From the NCBI GenBank assembly GCA_003344405.1, contig NOWV01000002.1, forward strand, positions 1,364,001-1,428,000: DNA of 64,000 nt, written 5' to 3'. The translations under genes and the position numbers were made by a program. Below, in pieces: positions 63,433-64,000 of the stretch. The stretch's first letter is position 1. Every line of letters starts with the position of its first letter. Source of the DNA: Trichoplax sp. H2 (lineage: Eukaryota). The notes under the pieces were generated by a model, which did no database searches, had not been told where the DNA came from, and saw nothing but the letters and a program-made list of their open reading frames with translations.

Positions 63433-64000
63433 CTGCAAAAGAAACAATATGAAACGCTCTATTAGTGAAGAAAATTCACTAACTTTCATATCCTAAATAA
63501 AGCTATAACTAATTAAATCAGCAACTACTCCAAATGATGGTCGATTTGCCTCCTAGTATTACGAGTGAATAAAGCACAGAAGTATCGCCGTCTCTTATTT
63601 TAATCGAACTATGTGTTAATGTCTTAGTCCATCTTGAATCATAGGATTAGTAGGGTAACATGGAATGATAAAACAGTGAACGATTACGGCTCTAGCTCTA
63701 ATATCTTTTCAAACATATCGTCATTATATGGCGGTATAACGTAATTAAATGTCATGGCCGTAACCAATACAATTCTCAGCCAGTCATTAAGTGCTCTGAT
63801 TTAGCACATAAAGTTAATAATATTAACCAGACTATTTTATTATCTTCCAAAAGAAATGACTATATTAGCAATTTTAATTGATTCGATTAGATTTAAGTTT
63901 TAAGGAAAGATTAATCGCTGAAAACCTATTCATGGCGAAGCGGGTTTCTTCGTAAACTGGATTTCCTGAAACGTTGAGTACGAATTTGAAAATGCTGTGG

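Overview
AT-rich eukaryotic (animal) genomic DNA with short GT-AG introns and two 20-N assembly gaps. Gene content and compactness suggest a non-bilaterian, most likely the placozoan Trichoplax; this is an inference. Genes in order: 3' end of an unidentified gene, an intronless GT10 alpha-1,3-fucosyltransferase, a PC7/PCSK7-type proprotein convertase (+), CPEB1 (-), a spliced single-pass membrane protein not visible as one ORF (-), three divergent Maf/CNC-type bZIP genes, two tandem ionotropic glutamate receptor genes (+), POC5 (-) and a STRA6-like gene (-). Main observations: (1) dense non-coding patches of TACAGTA/TACTGTA, the Tc1/mariner (Sleeping Beauty-type) excision footprint, with exact 5-bp CAGTA insertions at TA between duplicated copies and a CAGT-ended MITE at a site that reads TACTGTA in the other copy; (2) a bZIP trio with rewritten DNA-contacting basic regions; (3) an iGluR paralog with the conserved ligand-binding Arg replaced by Leu; (4) a long hairpin whose transitions favour G:U pairing on one strand. 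Exon boundaries were read by eye.
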